A DNA stretch of 61,446 nucleotides, filler included, from Sphacelaria rigidula (taxonomy: Eukaryota): assembly GCA_964200075.2 (NCBI GenBank). It is 6 parts of 6 records of this genome, joined end to end, with 100 filler letters (N's around TTAATTAATTAA, not from the genome) between each part and the next. Parts side by side here need not be neighbours in the genome. Positions count along the whole stretch, not along the records: positions 41,033 to 51,189 come from CAXNAA020007017.1; positions 51,290 to 61,446 come from CAXNAA020007018.1; 4 more parts are not named here. One strand, 5' to 3'. Of this stretch, positions 48,610 through 61,145 are shown in pieces (position 1 is the stretch's first letter; each line of letters opens with the position of its first letter). A program made the translations under genes and the position numbers. Below the pieces are notes generated by a model, which had not been told where the DNA came from, did not search any database, and was given only the letters and a program-made list of their open reading frames with translations.

Positions 48610-50831
48610 CTCTTCGTATGGCAGGGCTTCGATCGTGCACTGTCCCATGTCATCATCGTTAATGCTATCATCGTCCGGGTGGGGCTGGGAAATAGCTTCA
48701 TCTGCAAGTTCAGCATGAAACGACACGACGAGGGTGGGAAGTGGGCCAGGGGGCGTATTGTGGAACATGGCTGACAAAAGTAGTCAAAAGATGAAGAAAT
48801 ATGTCGAACACATTTGAAGTACAAGTGCGGTGTGTTGAAGTATTTCATGTGCTCGTGTGTGGTAGAGGTGCGTGTTAGGAATCGACGAGTACATATCGAT
48901 ATATATATATATACGAAGTATATGTATATATATATATCGATACAGTATGCCATGGCAAGACCGACCATTTTACCAAACCAATTTTCGCGTCTACTACGTG
49001 ACATTTTGTAAAGTGATACTTATGTTCACACATCATTGACACGCGTTATATTGGTCCACATGCGATATACCAGTATAATACCAGCTTCATTTTTACACTT
49101 GTCACGAGCCCTCATCGTGTAGACTATTCACGTGTGGTACCCACGTATTCTTTATCGATTTATCTGATTAATTGTCGCACGACAAAGGGTCCATTTCGAA
49201 TGCAGCTGGCGTCACAACATAAACGTACGCAAGGTGCACAAAATGGGAACACTCGCCACAGGGGAACTCGAGGAACGGAAATGTAAAAAAAACAGCTTTT
49301 GCTCATCTTCATCATACATCTAAGGCTACTAAGACAAAACACCCCATACCACGACCTGTGTTTTGTGCCACAGTCGAGATATACCCCCGCGAAAACGCGA
49401 AGACCTCAACCACTACAAGGCGGGGAGGGGCACACTCGAAACAGTGGTATGCTTGAAAGGATGACAGCTTCTAAAGCTTTGATTCGAACGAGTTTGGTTC
49501 ACAGACGGACTGATGTGTATGCTCAGTCAAGAATCAGCAACTCGTCGATTTTCGAGTAACTGACAACGTGTTGTGTGTGCTGTCGTCCCATCCATGTATG
49601 CTGGACGCCGGTCTACACCTTTCGGTACATGTGGGCGCACCAGCCGGGGTCACGAAGGAGGAAGGCCAACACAGGAGTTTTTTTGTTTTTATCTGCTTTA
49701 GTTCTCCACCTTCCTTCTGCGGTGGTTACCTTTATTCTTATCGCGAGAGAGGTTCAGCAGTCCCTTTCCCTCGTCGACCATTAAGTCGAATTTTACTGAC
49801 TATGTGCAACAAAACCTCCTGAAGAAAATGGACAGCGAGGGAGAGAGGATACACAACAATCACGTTTTCAAAATCAGCGGCAGAATGTGCTAGTACAAAA
49901 TCGGCGAAAAGTACAAAGTACATACCGCCCGCCCCCGCGCCCTCCCAAAGCATCGTAATTATCATGCCACGAAATAACACGGGAAAACGGGGGAAAAAAT
50001 GGAAAAAAATAGAAAAACGGGGAAGCAAAACGGAAAGTCAGCACTATCTATTAAAAAAACAGTGTGCCGTCAGGCGTGTTTCCGTTTTTTCGAAAAAGGG
50101 TTTGACCGCTCAGCAGTCGAGGGTATATATTACGGATGCAGTCGCGATAAAGCACTTCACACATCAAGTTGCTCCGGGACACCTTCGAACCGAGCTACAC
50201 ACGTTTGCGTAGAAAGCATGGAGTAGTGCATCCAATGTATCATTTGAACGGCACGCCGGTACACGCTGTGGTGGACGAGAAAAAATACGACCCAATTATT
50301 TTGGAAAAAAAGGCAAATACAGACGGTATCACCAGACCGCGCGGAAAGCAAAACTTCGGTACCGTCGCGCAAGATAAGTCAAATCTCACACGATCTTCTT
50401 GGAAAATGATTTCAGGAGACAACATCGTTGAACTGGTTCAGGACAAATACGTGGAGGCATGTCTAGGCACGTAAAGAAGATACACAACACAAACGCGCAA
50501 CGAAACGCTGGTCATCATTCATGCCAAAACCCTGGAAAAAACGCAGTACCTTATACTTTCAGACCAAGAAATATATGAAGTGCACCGAAACCCGCCCACC
50601 GCAGCATACCTTCGGCAGAAACAGGGGGTGGAAGCGGTTCTGTCGGAGCACTCTCGGGTTCAGAAGTGACAGCAGGCTTCGGCGTTGCAGCTAGAGGCTC
50701 GAGTGTGGCGGTCACGGGCTCGAGTGTGGGCGACAATTCGACCGGTTCGGTGGCTTCAGGGGCAGCGGTCGGAGCAGCGCCAGGTCCTGTCTCCGTCTCA
50801 GCAGGAGAGGGAGTGCCTAGGGGGGACCCGG
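48610..50831 (-). CDS. Two internal exons (50831-50610, 48770-48610) of a Pro/Thr/Glu-rich, possibly secreted protein
   Basis: TPSPAETETGPGAAPTAAPEATEP... exon bounded by cag|/|gtatgc (phase 1-1), phase-compatible with the exon AMFHNTPPG...CTIEALPYEE|gtagcg. Confidence 0.5.
49570..49800. repeat. Short interspersed repeat (SINE/LINE-tail-like) of a type I recognise as common in brown algal introns
   Basis: accagccggggtcac...ggaggaagg...ccaccttccttctgcggtg...tccctttccctcgtcgacc; recognition only, single copy in the window. Confidence 0.5.
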
Positions 50832-51289
50832 CTGCGGTGGTGAAGGCATAGTGGCAGCATTGCGTGTCAAACATGTTGGGTGCACGATTTGTTTTTTCTT
50901 CTAATGTTTACACGTCACCATGGCAGAATCGTTTGGATGAATATACCATGGGTGTCATCGATTGAACGAGCAATACATACTACTGCCATATTATTTCATC
51001 AACCACTTTGCCCATGAGGTAGACCGGGGTTTTGGACCAGAATCTATTTTACTGCTCCTGAACGTACCCCTTCTCCTGTGACGGAAGAGTAGGGGAGGGA
51101 GGGGGGGGGGCGTACTCATTTGTTGCTTGCCTTAGTCGTGTGACCATTGACCACGCATCCTTTTCGAGACGGAGCACCGCTCCTACTCCNNNNNNNNNNN
51201 NNNNNNNNNNNNNNNNNNNNNNNNNNNNNNNNNTTAATTAATTAANNNNNNNNNNNNNNNNNNNNNNNNNNNNNNNNNNNNNNNNNNNN

Positions 51290-51602
51290 GTGCTTTCCCT
51301 GACCTAAATTCATGACAAATGACTTTCATATGGACCACCCCATCCCTCCCGACCTCCCTAAGACTATTTCGGGGGATTTATAGCCTTTCATTCCCCTAAA
51401 AAAGGGTATGTGCGAAAGCATATTTTTGCCTCGATTTCCGGGTGAAAATAATACGTTTTTTCTCCCCAAAACCGTGCTTTCGCACATACCCTTTGGGGGA
51501 ACGGAAGGCTAGAAATCCCTCGAAATCGTTTCAGGGGGGTCGGCACGGGTGGGGTGGTCCATATGAAAGCCATTTGACATGAATTTAGCTCAGGGATAGC
51601 AC
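51290..51602. mobile_element. Foldback MITE, left end cut by contig start
   Basis: gtgctttccctgacctaaattcatgacaaatgactttcatatggaccacccc mirrors ggggtggtccatatgaaagccatttgacatgaatttagctcagggatagcac. Confidence 0.8.
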
Positions 51603-52371
51603 GGCTTTCGAGGTGAACCTCATTTTTTTCAACCCCATTTTCGAGAATCCACTGTTAATGGTTGCAATGCAGCTGATTCCATAGCACTAGCGACAGCAGT
51701 GCGACGCCGACAGGAAATTAAAAGTGGTATGCCGCATTAATTCTTGTTCGCCCGTCTGCACTATCCTTTCAAAACAAGCGCTAATTTATCTGAAGGAAGG
51801 GGGGGTTGTAGCCGCGCCATGAATACAAGAAGACGAAAAATGGAATGGAGTTTGAATTAGTACTAAGTCGACAGGGATATACAAAAGGGCATTACTACGT
51901 TGGGGCTGAGGGATACGTGACTGCGAAACGGCACTCGGGAGACACGATGTATGCAATGAAATCTGGTCCTGCGGCCACTTTTTCTTGGGCGATGGGAAAC
52001 AGAAATGAATATTATCGCTGGAAACCGCGTATCTTAGCGCTTCGGCAATGGTCCTCGTCCAAACGATGGCTAGATAGATTTCACCACCTCGGAATGAGTC
52101 ACTTGCTTTGCTGTCTGTGAGGGCCCCGTGGCACACTGGTGCAATTTATGGTGGGCGCCGATTATTAGTTGACGTCGGAGCGAAGCCGAGTTTTGTGTAA
52201 TTTTTATTGGTTGCAAATCATTTTTATTTCCTCAGGCATTTTTCGGGGACACTCGAAGAAGAGTTCTTGGTTCTCATCACAGGATTCACATTTCAGCCAA
52301 GAGACAAACTGCATGGACGAAAAACCGCCCCATTAGTGCTGGGGTCCTTCAACAAAGTAGGTCGTTCCGAC

Positions 52372-52541
52372 CACACTTTGGACAATATGTGGTCAATACT
52401 TGCAATACACAATAAACGTACTGCATAAGGTATAGGCCTATTGCGACTATTGTCGGCCGTCAATACTTGCAATAGGCCTATACCTTATGCAGTACGCTTA
52501 TTGTGTATTGCAAGTATTGACCACATATTGTCCAGGGTGTG
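52372..52541. mobile_element. Palindromic hAT-like MITE with perfect 8-bp TSD GTTCCGAC
   Basis: cacactttggacaatatgtggtcaatacttgcaatacacaataa / ttattgtgtattgcaagtattgaccacatattgtccagggtgtg; gttccgac at 52364-52371 and 52542-52549. Confidence 0.9.
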
Positions 52542-52750
52542 GTTCCGACGTAGCGTGAACGGTGTACTGTAGCTCTCTTCTGAGGCAAAAATGCGTCAAC
52601 ACCCAAGGTCTTGACGCCTTGATATCATTTTTCGCCGGAAAACGCGGCCAGCAGATGATGCCACCTCGGAAATGCCAAAAAAAACTCTATCTGATGGTGG
52701 AATGTGTCAACGAGTTCCTTGCGAGTCACCTGACAAAATATCAGTTGACA

Positions 52751-53208
52751 GCCGATCATCGGAATTGAGGATGGAGTGTTCAATTGAGGATGAGAACCCG
52801 GAGGATTGAAATCTTCGTATCGACACCAAATCTTCGAAATATGGTTCCACTCCTTCACCTGCTGGTAGCTATTGACTACTGCTACGCGCTCTACAAATTT
52901 GGATTTCCATCATCGAAATGTTGGGGTCTCAGTTGAAAAAACGATCATGGGGAATTTAGGTGATTCGATCGGATCGCCGAAATTCTCCGAAACTACTCGA
53001 AATAGGTTTTCCACCTGGGGCCCCAACATTTCGGTGATCAAAATCCAAATTTGTATAACGTGTAGTAGTTGTCAATAGCTACCAGTAGTGACTAGTAGGT
53101 GAAGGAATGGAACCATATTTCGAAGATTTGGTGTGGATACGAAGATTTGGTGTGGATACGAAGATTTGGTGTGGATACGAAAATTTTAATCCTTCGCGAT
53201 GATCGGCG
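52751..53208. mobile_element. Foldback MITE related to 21572-21992, with internal 3 x 19-bp tandem (cgaagatttggtgtggata, 53121-53177)
   Basis: Shared caccaaatcttcgaaatatggttcca...gctggtagct...ggattt...cgaaatg.tggggtc arms. Confidence 0.8.
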
Positions 53209-53435
53209 CTTGGTTCCCAATTCGAAATATTGGTCCGGTGCGCGGTCAAACGGGCGGATCTCAGGTCTCTTGGCAGACCCAGCTTGTGTAGTCAATGTTG
53301 TTAATCAATTTTGTTATACTAAAATTGCCACATTTGCACACTCTCTGGACATCTTCATGATGCTACGTACAGTATAATGGAATTTTGCTTCGCTGGGAGT
53401 TTCTCGAAAAAAAGCCGCCTGTCACGAAAAAAAAG

Positions 53436-53507
53436 AGCGCCCACACGGATTTGAACCATGGACCTGCTGAGCTGCAATCAGCCGCTCTACCACTGAGCTA
53501 TAAGCGC
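53436..53507 (-). tRNA. trnC-GCA: tRNA-Cys (anticodon GCA), intronless
   Basis: GCGCTTA TA GCTC AGTGGTA GAGC G GCTGA TTGCAGC TCAGC AGGTC CATGG TTCAAAT CCGTG TGGGCGC T; full cloverleaf, U73 discriminator, T8 Pol III terminator just downstream. Confidence 0.92.
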
Positions 53508-55007
53508 TTACTTCACACCGATTTCTTATATTTCTAAAGTTCTACCTTGGATCGAGTAAAGTTTCAGTTTGGATCGAGTAAAGTTCTCGGGCGACAGATA
53601 CGCCCACCGCACTACCCCCGTGCCCCCGACAATCCTGAAGCAGCATCAGGCATACCATACTATAAAGAACAGCAGGCATGGAAGTTTTCGTAGCCATTCT
53701 GACAAGAACGGGCCCTCGGTTTAGCATCATTCCCTTGTATTCGCTCCTCCGCACACCCCACATTACACCTAGGAGATGACACGATCATACAACAAATGCA
53801 TTAAAAAAAATAGCTTTCATGCACATAGATCTGCATGGCGAAGAAGGCCGCTTCTGGTTAGAGCGCGTAACCAGACTAAAGACCGCTTTTACTCCGCATC
53901 GCATGGCATCGACCACGTACCTCCTCCCCCAACCTCCAGCCCCCTTCCCTCCTCGACCTGTTGGTTATCTATTATCTATGCAGAACTTTCGAAGGTGGCA
54001 CGGAGGGATTCACCGTGTCGTATATTGCGGGCGATTTGTCTCGTCAGACGAACCGGAACGTCCTTGCGCGAACGGATCCCGTTTGGACTGCTGCAGAAAC
54101 GGCGATTTTGAAGACTGCTAGAGATTTCAAGCAGGTTTGTATTGATTTGGTCGGTAAACACACAAAATAACTGCCGCGGCCCCATGGCGTTTATGTAGTA
54201 CCCCTGATGAAAAAACTGTCTGTATGTTATTTATCTTCAGCCAGTCTGCCGTTTTTCGTATATATAACTCATGAACGTGACTGATGAACAAAGACTAAAA
54301 CTTTAACATAAATGTGTATTCGACGCGGTCTTCATATCGTGTTCCTCAGCCAGCCCTGCTCCGCCGCCTTATCTCCCTTCATCCCCTTCGTTTACCATAC
54401 ATGAGAGCTATATTTTTGTGAGCTGTGTGTCAAGATGTACTTGTTGTGTACTGCACTGTTTGAAGACCGTGCAGCTGTCCCGTGTTGTCTCGAAGAGACT
54501 CGCTCCACGACGAAATACAGTAGCAACACCACCACAATCTCAACGTTTTCTTCAAAACATGCTGCATGTTGCTTAACCGTTACACTTGCGGGGTGGGGTG
54601 GCGGGGGGGGGGAACTCTACAGCTTGTGATAATGAAATGGCAACCGAGTGTCTGGGGGCCTGGGCATGAGATCGAGGAACACCGCCACACGAGCGTGCTG
54701 CAAGAGGTGCGACCCACAAGAACTGGGCTCCGCCGTCTGTCGTCTACCATCGCGGTCTACCGCGTGCACAAGGCCGCTGCCGTGAAAACTCCTTCTGGTG
54801 GTGTTGGTCGTGGCGATGGTAGAGTGGCAGTACAACAAGCCACGGGCCGACGGGTTGACGCTGAGAAGGAAAAGCTGTAGGCGCACAGGTTCCTCGCATT
54901 ATAGCTGTAGCGCGCTTATCGCGGATTGTGCTCTGCCGTAGCCCTTACTGGCAGCAGCCCTCCGTTCTGAGAGGTTGGCGAGATATAAGCAGAAAGCCTC
55001 ACGATGA

Positions 55008-55215
55008 ATTTGTTGTCCTCATGGTCCGGGGAAGAGGCGACCCCGTAACTGTTGCTCAATAAGGATGCCCAACATCAGTCAGGTGGCGCTTGGTAGTACT
55101 ACTGTAGTGCATTTGTTGTCCTCATGGTCCGGGGAAGAGGCGACCCCGTAACTGTACTGTTGCTCAATAATGATGCCCAACATCAGTCAGGTAGCGCTTG
55201 GTAGTACTGTAGTGC
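55008..55215. repeat. Tandem duplication, 2 x ~104 bp
   Basis: atttgttgtcctcatggtccggggaagaggcgacccc... at 55008 and 55111. Confidence 0.9.
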
Positions 55216-56716
55216 CGCGACAAGGGAGGCACTAGTCGTGTTTCCGACGTCTCGATAGACTCACCCGTCACCGAGAGAGTCCTATTAATGCAATGTGTCA
55301 AGCACTTCGAAGAAAGAAAGAGTAAAGCACTTCGAAGAAAGAAAGAGTGAAGACCGACTAAAATTAAACGGCTACAGCAACTTCTCCCGCTCGCTCCATC
55401 AACTCACCATCCGTAGTGACAGCAGTATTATACTTCGTAGTAGGTTTTGGCCATGGAAATAGTGTTTACTGTGGTGTATCCAATAATAAAAGTATAAACA
55501 GTAGGTGGTATTCTAGTGAAACAGTAGCGACAACAGTAGTGGTGGTGATGGTAGTAGCGGTGACCAAGAAAATTTGGAGGGCACAATCAGTAAAGTTTGC
55601 AGGAGAGTTCACTAGGTAATTACTTGATTTTAGTATGGACAAAAATCCGGATTGGGCAATGGTGACTGTGCGACTGCACGTTTGTTCATTGATCAATTGT
55701 CGCAGATTACAATAACCGGTCCGCCACATATCCAGTCGTCGTGGACACAAGATACTGTGCACATGCAGCAAAGGTGAAGACACAGTTGTAGAGAAAAGTC
55801 GGGAAGAGGGAAAGATAAAGAATGTGGGAGAGGGTACGCAAAAAACTGTTTGCAGACGAATATGAACTCAATCACGCGCGACGCGATCGCGCGGTACGGC
55901 AATAAAATAGCTTGCATGCCATTCAGTGTGCACGCACACCATGGGCACCTGGACTTGGATAAAGGTAAAACAGTAAGACTATGAATAGGTGAGGCGGATG
56001 CTCAGTGAATGCGACTAGACAATAATGGCAGCTTCCGTGGCAACTCTGTGGTGATTGTGGTCTCAGACGTCAATATTACAAACAAAAAATCGAGCTCGTG
56101 GTGCACCACATATCGAAAGCAGCATGTGCCGAATATCTTGTGCAGGTGACATACTTTTGCCCGTTATCAAAATATAAGCCGCCGTTCATCATCACCCCTT
56201 TGGCTGTCTCATCAACTGTACAGTATCATGTTCCCCGACGACGTTGAAAGTGCATCAGTGCTATGCTCTAACGATGCGGGGGCGGCGGGCATGGAGATAG
56301 GCTCAACACTCGAGCCACAATGAGATAGTGCTCCGCAAATAAGTGTCTGCAATCTTACAAGTGCACGATCAAAATATGTCCCCTCCCTCACCCGTTCCTA
56401 CCGCGGCAGATAACCATCCGCTCCCGCGGGCGGGATGGTCGCGCGGTTGATATTCCGTGGTGGTTGAGCACGGTGTGGAAAATGAGTTACGCTCCCGCTC
56501 CAAGACTTGTTTTGCCAAGTGCGGTGTAGTGCGCAGCTTAGCGGTCATTCACCAACACCAATCTGCATGATAGCGAATGCAGACCCTTGAAACATTTGCC
56601 TGTACTCAACAGAGACATACATCTATATACTTCCAGGTATATATTGCTTTAGCGACCAATTGTAATAATAAGTTGAAATTCCTTCGCCGCACAAGTCCGC
56701 ACGTCCTTTCCCATCG

Positions 56717-59700
56717 CTAAACCCAACCCGTGACCGGATTGTACTGTGCACCATACGTCACGATCTGTGACTCCTCCATTCCCATGAAAGGCTGTTCCTC
56801 CTCCTCGTCAGCGTCTCGTGCAATCCCATCTTCCTCTTGTCCCTCTTGTCTGCTACCGCCGCCCCCGGTAGCATGCCGCCCACGATGATGAGCATGATGC
56901 CGCCGTAGCCGCTGCACTCCACCGCGATCGCTGGCAGCACTCGTGCCGATGTAATTCCCACCACCACCACTCCTTCTGCTGATCCCTTCATCACGGGAAC
57001 TACTCCCAAGCGAAGGTGCGCCTTCTGCTCCTGCTCCGACCGGGGCGCCGACGCACTCTCGATTGCGGCGATTATCATCATCGCTTGCGGCGACAGAGTC
57101 AGAGGATTCATGCCCGTTATCGCCGCGTGCATAACGACGCCGTAGACGTTCCTCGTGTGGATATTGCTCGTCATCGTGCGGCTGGTGGTCGCGTGGAAAT
57201 GTCGTGCTTGAGCGTGATTGCTTGTCCAAGCTGTCTTCCCTCTGTTTACCGCGAGGTTTCACGAGCGGAGGAGGGAACAGAGCGCGACGGGCGTAGGATG
57301 TGGTGCGAACCGATTCGTTCCGGAGGCACAGTAAAACATGCAGGACAAAATTTCGCCCTTCCTTCATCTTGAAAATGTGAGGGAAATACTTGACGTTTCA
57401 TCAGGGCAATCTTATTCCAACTAGAAAAAAAGAAGACAACGTCGTGACAGGCACGCAGAGCCGCGTAATGACAGCTCAGATTTAGGCTGAAGGCTGTACC
57501 TTCAAGATGAGCACGGTCTCGAACTTGACCATTAGAGCGCGCTAGAGACGCGAACATATGAAGCAAGAACATGCTACTGTACTGTAAATACCTTCCTTCT
57601 TTCGGGAATGATGTGGGACCGTAATATGAAAATCAGGTTCGTAAGATGCCCTGGAATATGACCATTTATCCCTTGCTTTTGAAGTTCTTCAATGGAAAAC
57701 TACCCCCCAAAAGCCACCGCAAAGACGTAAACCTGCATTGAGCACCCGAAGGCGTGCCACCGTCGTGACGGCAATACTGCGGGCTTTTGCCTGCGCCATG
57801 CCTTACTGCTTGAGTCGACCACAGGGTGGACGTAGACTGCGTTCCAGAGTCCTCGATCTTTTACGTGAAAAACTCGGCAGAAAAACTGCTTCAGAAAGTC
57901 GAAACTGCTCAATCTCAGATTTCGAAGGGCTGCCTTCATTACACTATATTTTTTTAAGCACCCTAGCACCGAAAGTTATGATTTCCTTCTTTCTTGTACA
58001 GTGGAGGTACCGCGCGTTTTAGGGGACTCAGTTTTTCACATCAACACTATCCAGGAATCCTCATGCAGAAAGCCGAAGTTGCCCAGTCTCCAATTCGAAG
58101 GTCTGCTCTCATCACACCATATTTTTCAATATATGCCAGCGCGTGAACGTAACGATTTTCTGCTTCGTTCCTCGTCTCATGACAGGCAAATCCGGACGGT
58201 GAGATATGTGAGTATGACCCACCCTTGTTCTTGAAATCAATATATTTGCAAGGTGCAAAAAGAGTGAATATGTGGCCCTACACAAACGCTGTGCCATTAT
58301 AATAGTAGGCAACGCATGAATGTTGGTGCGTACTTCGAGCGGGAAAGCTGCCGGAAAAGCGTTCCACAGTCAGCTCTATAGGAGCTCTACAGGATCAATC
58401 AGTGCATTAACCGCTACTCACGTGAGATTGCAAACCGACCTCGTGGACGGTATAAGGAAGACGCACAGGAAAACTGCGAGAAGTCATCCCTCTCGAAAGA
58501 CACTCCTGGTACATGAAACAATATTCCCCCCCGCCCTCTATCTCCAAAGAGACCATACCGCCATGCAAAGAATGAAAGTAAGGGCAATATCACTGTGGTT
58601 TTTTACGTCCTCACCGAGTCGAACAGGTTCCGCTTTCGTCGTAGGTGCTGCTGCTGCCCCTGCTCCTGCTGGTACCGTTGAGCCTTATTCTCCTGCCCCT
58701 CGAATAGAGGTGATAACCCCCGATCACTTCGGCCATCTCTATGAGGAGAATCACGACAGTCCTTCCCAGCCGAAGTCCCCGACGAGCAGACTGGGGTGGT
58801 AAGACGCGCCGGTATGTTCCCGCGAGGCGACAAAGCTTCCTGTGGCGGCGGCCGCGGCGGCCGCGGCGGTGGTGATCGGCGACCAATGGGGAGAGGCCAA
58901 TCGACGTTTTTGTTGCCGTGGCCGTTGTCTTCATCGTGAGGCGTCGGAGACGGAGTACGGGTGATGGAGGCAGAAAAACCTAGAACAGGGCCACCCCGGC
59001 TGCCGGCGTCTTGAAAAGTGAGATCGGTGGCGACGATAGCGGCAGAAGAGTTTTCGTTGAAGGCAGAAGCGGCGTCGGCAGAGAGAGACGTCAACGACGG
59101 CGTCACGCTTGCCGGGGGAGCTGACGCGGTCGACCCCGAAATCGCATCAGTAGCGATATATCCATCGCTGGCTGCTTCCGCCCCCTGCAGCGCCGGTGAC
59201 GTCGTCGACGATGACTCCATCGGCACACACACTCGCCTTCTCCCATCTTCGACATCAGTACCCGACACTGAGACGCTCTTTGGGGGAAAGGGGCGATTGC
59301 TCGCCTGCGATGAGCGAGGTCCCCGCCTGTGGGGAGGGAATAAACGTGGTCGGCGCATATGCGCGGGCGGGAGCGGAAGCCTGCTGCTGCCGGCAGCGGC
59401 AGCGCCATTTATAATCGATTGCAGCTGGCGCTCTAACCCACTTTTACCCTCTTCGACCCCTGCTGGCAGCTGAGCACGTTGATCGACTTGAGGAGCATTA
59501 CCACTGACAGCGGCGACAGCGGAGAAGGTTCGGTCGGGGACGTGTGCTGGCTCAAGCGGCGGGGCCTGAGAGGGTGCCGACCTGGAGTATACCAACTCGT
59601 GCGCAGGCATCACCGCCGCCGCGGGTGGGCTCTCGCTTCTATCGCCCCCTCTTGAGAGCAAATCGCGCTTCACGTATTCCTCCTGCGCGGCGTCACGGCC

Positions 59701-61145
59701 ATCTTCGGTGAAAGCAGGCGCGGGTCGGGCTGTAGCCACGGCGGCGGCGGCGGCCGCAGGACTGTACGATGCTTCCATCCCCCGCACGTACCCGTGCTGC
59801 GCGCACGCTAGCAACCATTCCGGGGTGACTACGCGTACGCCCCACTGGAGTGCCCTCTCGTACTTGACGCCTTTAGCCTGAGGGGGTTGAGGACGCGGTG
59901 GAGGTAGGGATATCAAGGGGTCAAAAGGGAGGCGGGCACATAAAATCGCTGCTACTCGGATCCTGACCCAATCAATCGTTTAGTGACAATTTTACACCGT
60001 GAGAAAAAAGCACACCGCAGGTACACCGGGGGCACGAGCGCAGGGGCACGCGACGGCGGCGATGGTGGTGGCTACCTCCCACGTTGAACTTCCCCATCTT
60101 CACTGACAAAAAAACACACGTCACTTGCCGCCAAGGTTCTCGCCGAACCATGTCTACTCTCACCTCTTTGCAGACAAGGTGTGTAGTAAATCGCTTCTTC
60201 AAGCTCTTGGACAATACTGCACCCATCCCGACGGTGATCAGCTCCTCCCACCCCGTCCTCTCCCCCCCCGCGAATCCTGTAACCGCCACCTTGAAGTCAT
60301 GCCTCTCGTGCTCTTCATCAAATCTCCGAATTGGCCAGGGTCCCGGGCGGAAAACGCACTCGCAAGATTCCGGCGGACGGACTTCTGCGACACGCCGGCA
60401 AGCCTCCAGCCACAGCAGAGATACAACTTTCGCTCTTGCCTGGATCTTCAGGAGCTTCCACAGTTCATCGTGCGCTGCAGACCGGAGCGGGCACGGCCGC
60501 CGCCGCCGATACGATCGCGGGTTGGTGACGCCTCCGTCGGCTCCTTCATCAACATCATCATCACCACCGACGATTTGATTGTGTTGACCATTGCTATCCT
60601 CATCGGTGTTATTGTTTCTCTCGTTGGCGCCCCCTTTTTTTCGTTCAGACTCGGAACAGGGGGACGACAGCAGCGCCCGCTGCGGTAACGGTGGTGGCGG
60701 CAGCGGCGGCGGCGGCGGTACTGTCCACTTTCCGTGCGCGCTTACCACGAAACATCGCTGAAGAAGGTGCCGCGGCCGCTGCTGTTGCTGGTGATGTCGC
60801 GGTCGCCGCGCGCGCGAGGAAGCAGAAGTAGGAACGTGCTGAGGAACGTTCCACAAGTGGGTGCCGTCGGCGCGGCCTGCAATTGGCTTGGAGGGCTTAC
60901 CGCTCGTTTCACTACAAGTAGCAGCTCGAACACACGACGACCCATCACCACCGTCATCGTTGTCATCATCACGGTCGTTCTTCTCGTTCAGAGCACGCTG
61001 CTGCCCGCTCTCCGCTCTGTTCGCCGCCGGGCTCGAATTTTGCGATGGGTCATCAGGCCTCATCTCTAATCCGGCGTCCACAAGAGCCGCTCGTAGAGCG
61101 GAGACGCTCCGCGTGTCGCCGGGACACAAACAGCGTCCGCCGTGC
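56717..61145 (-). CDS. TOPBP1: TOPBP1/Rad4(Cut5)/Dpb11/MEI1-like multi-BRCT protein, last three exons 61145-60164, 59877-58615, 57241-56717; 5' part past contig end
   Basis: Tandem BRCT: VVSLLWLEAC...VFRP...FKVAVTGFAGGERTGWEELI...GAVLSKSLKKRFTTHLVCKE|AKGVKYERALQWGVRVVTPEWLLACAQHG; C-terminal ESQIVTYG motif; phase-0 GT-AG introns. Confidence 0.7.

Noticed and set aside
11029-61145. Apparent mitotic gene cluster INCENP + CIP2A + TOPBP1
   Set aside because: The TOPBP1-like gene is on a different, size-sorted contig; only INCENP-CIP2A linkage is supported
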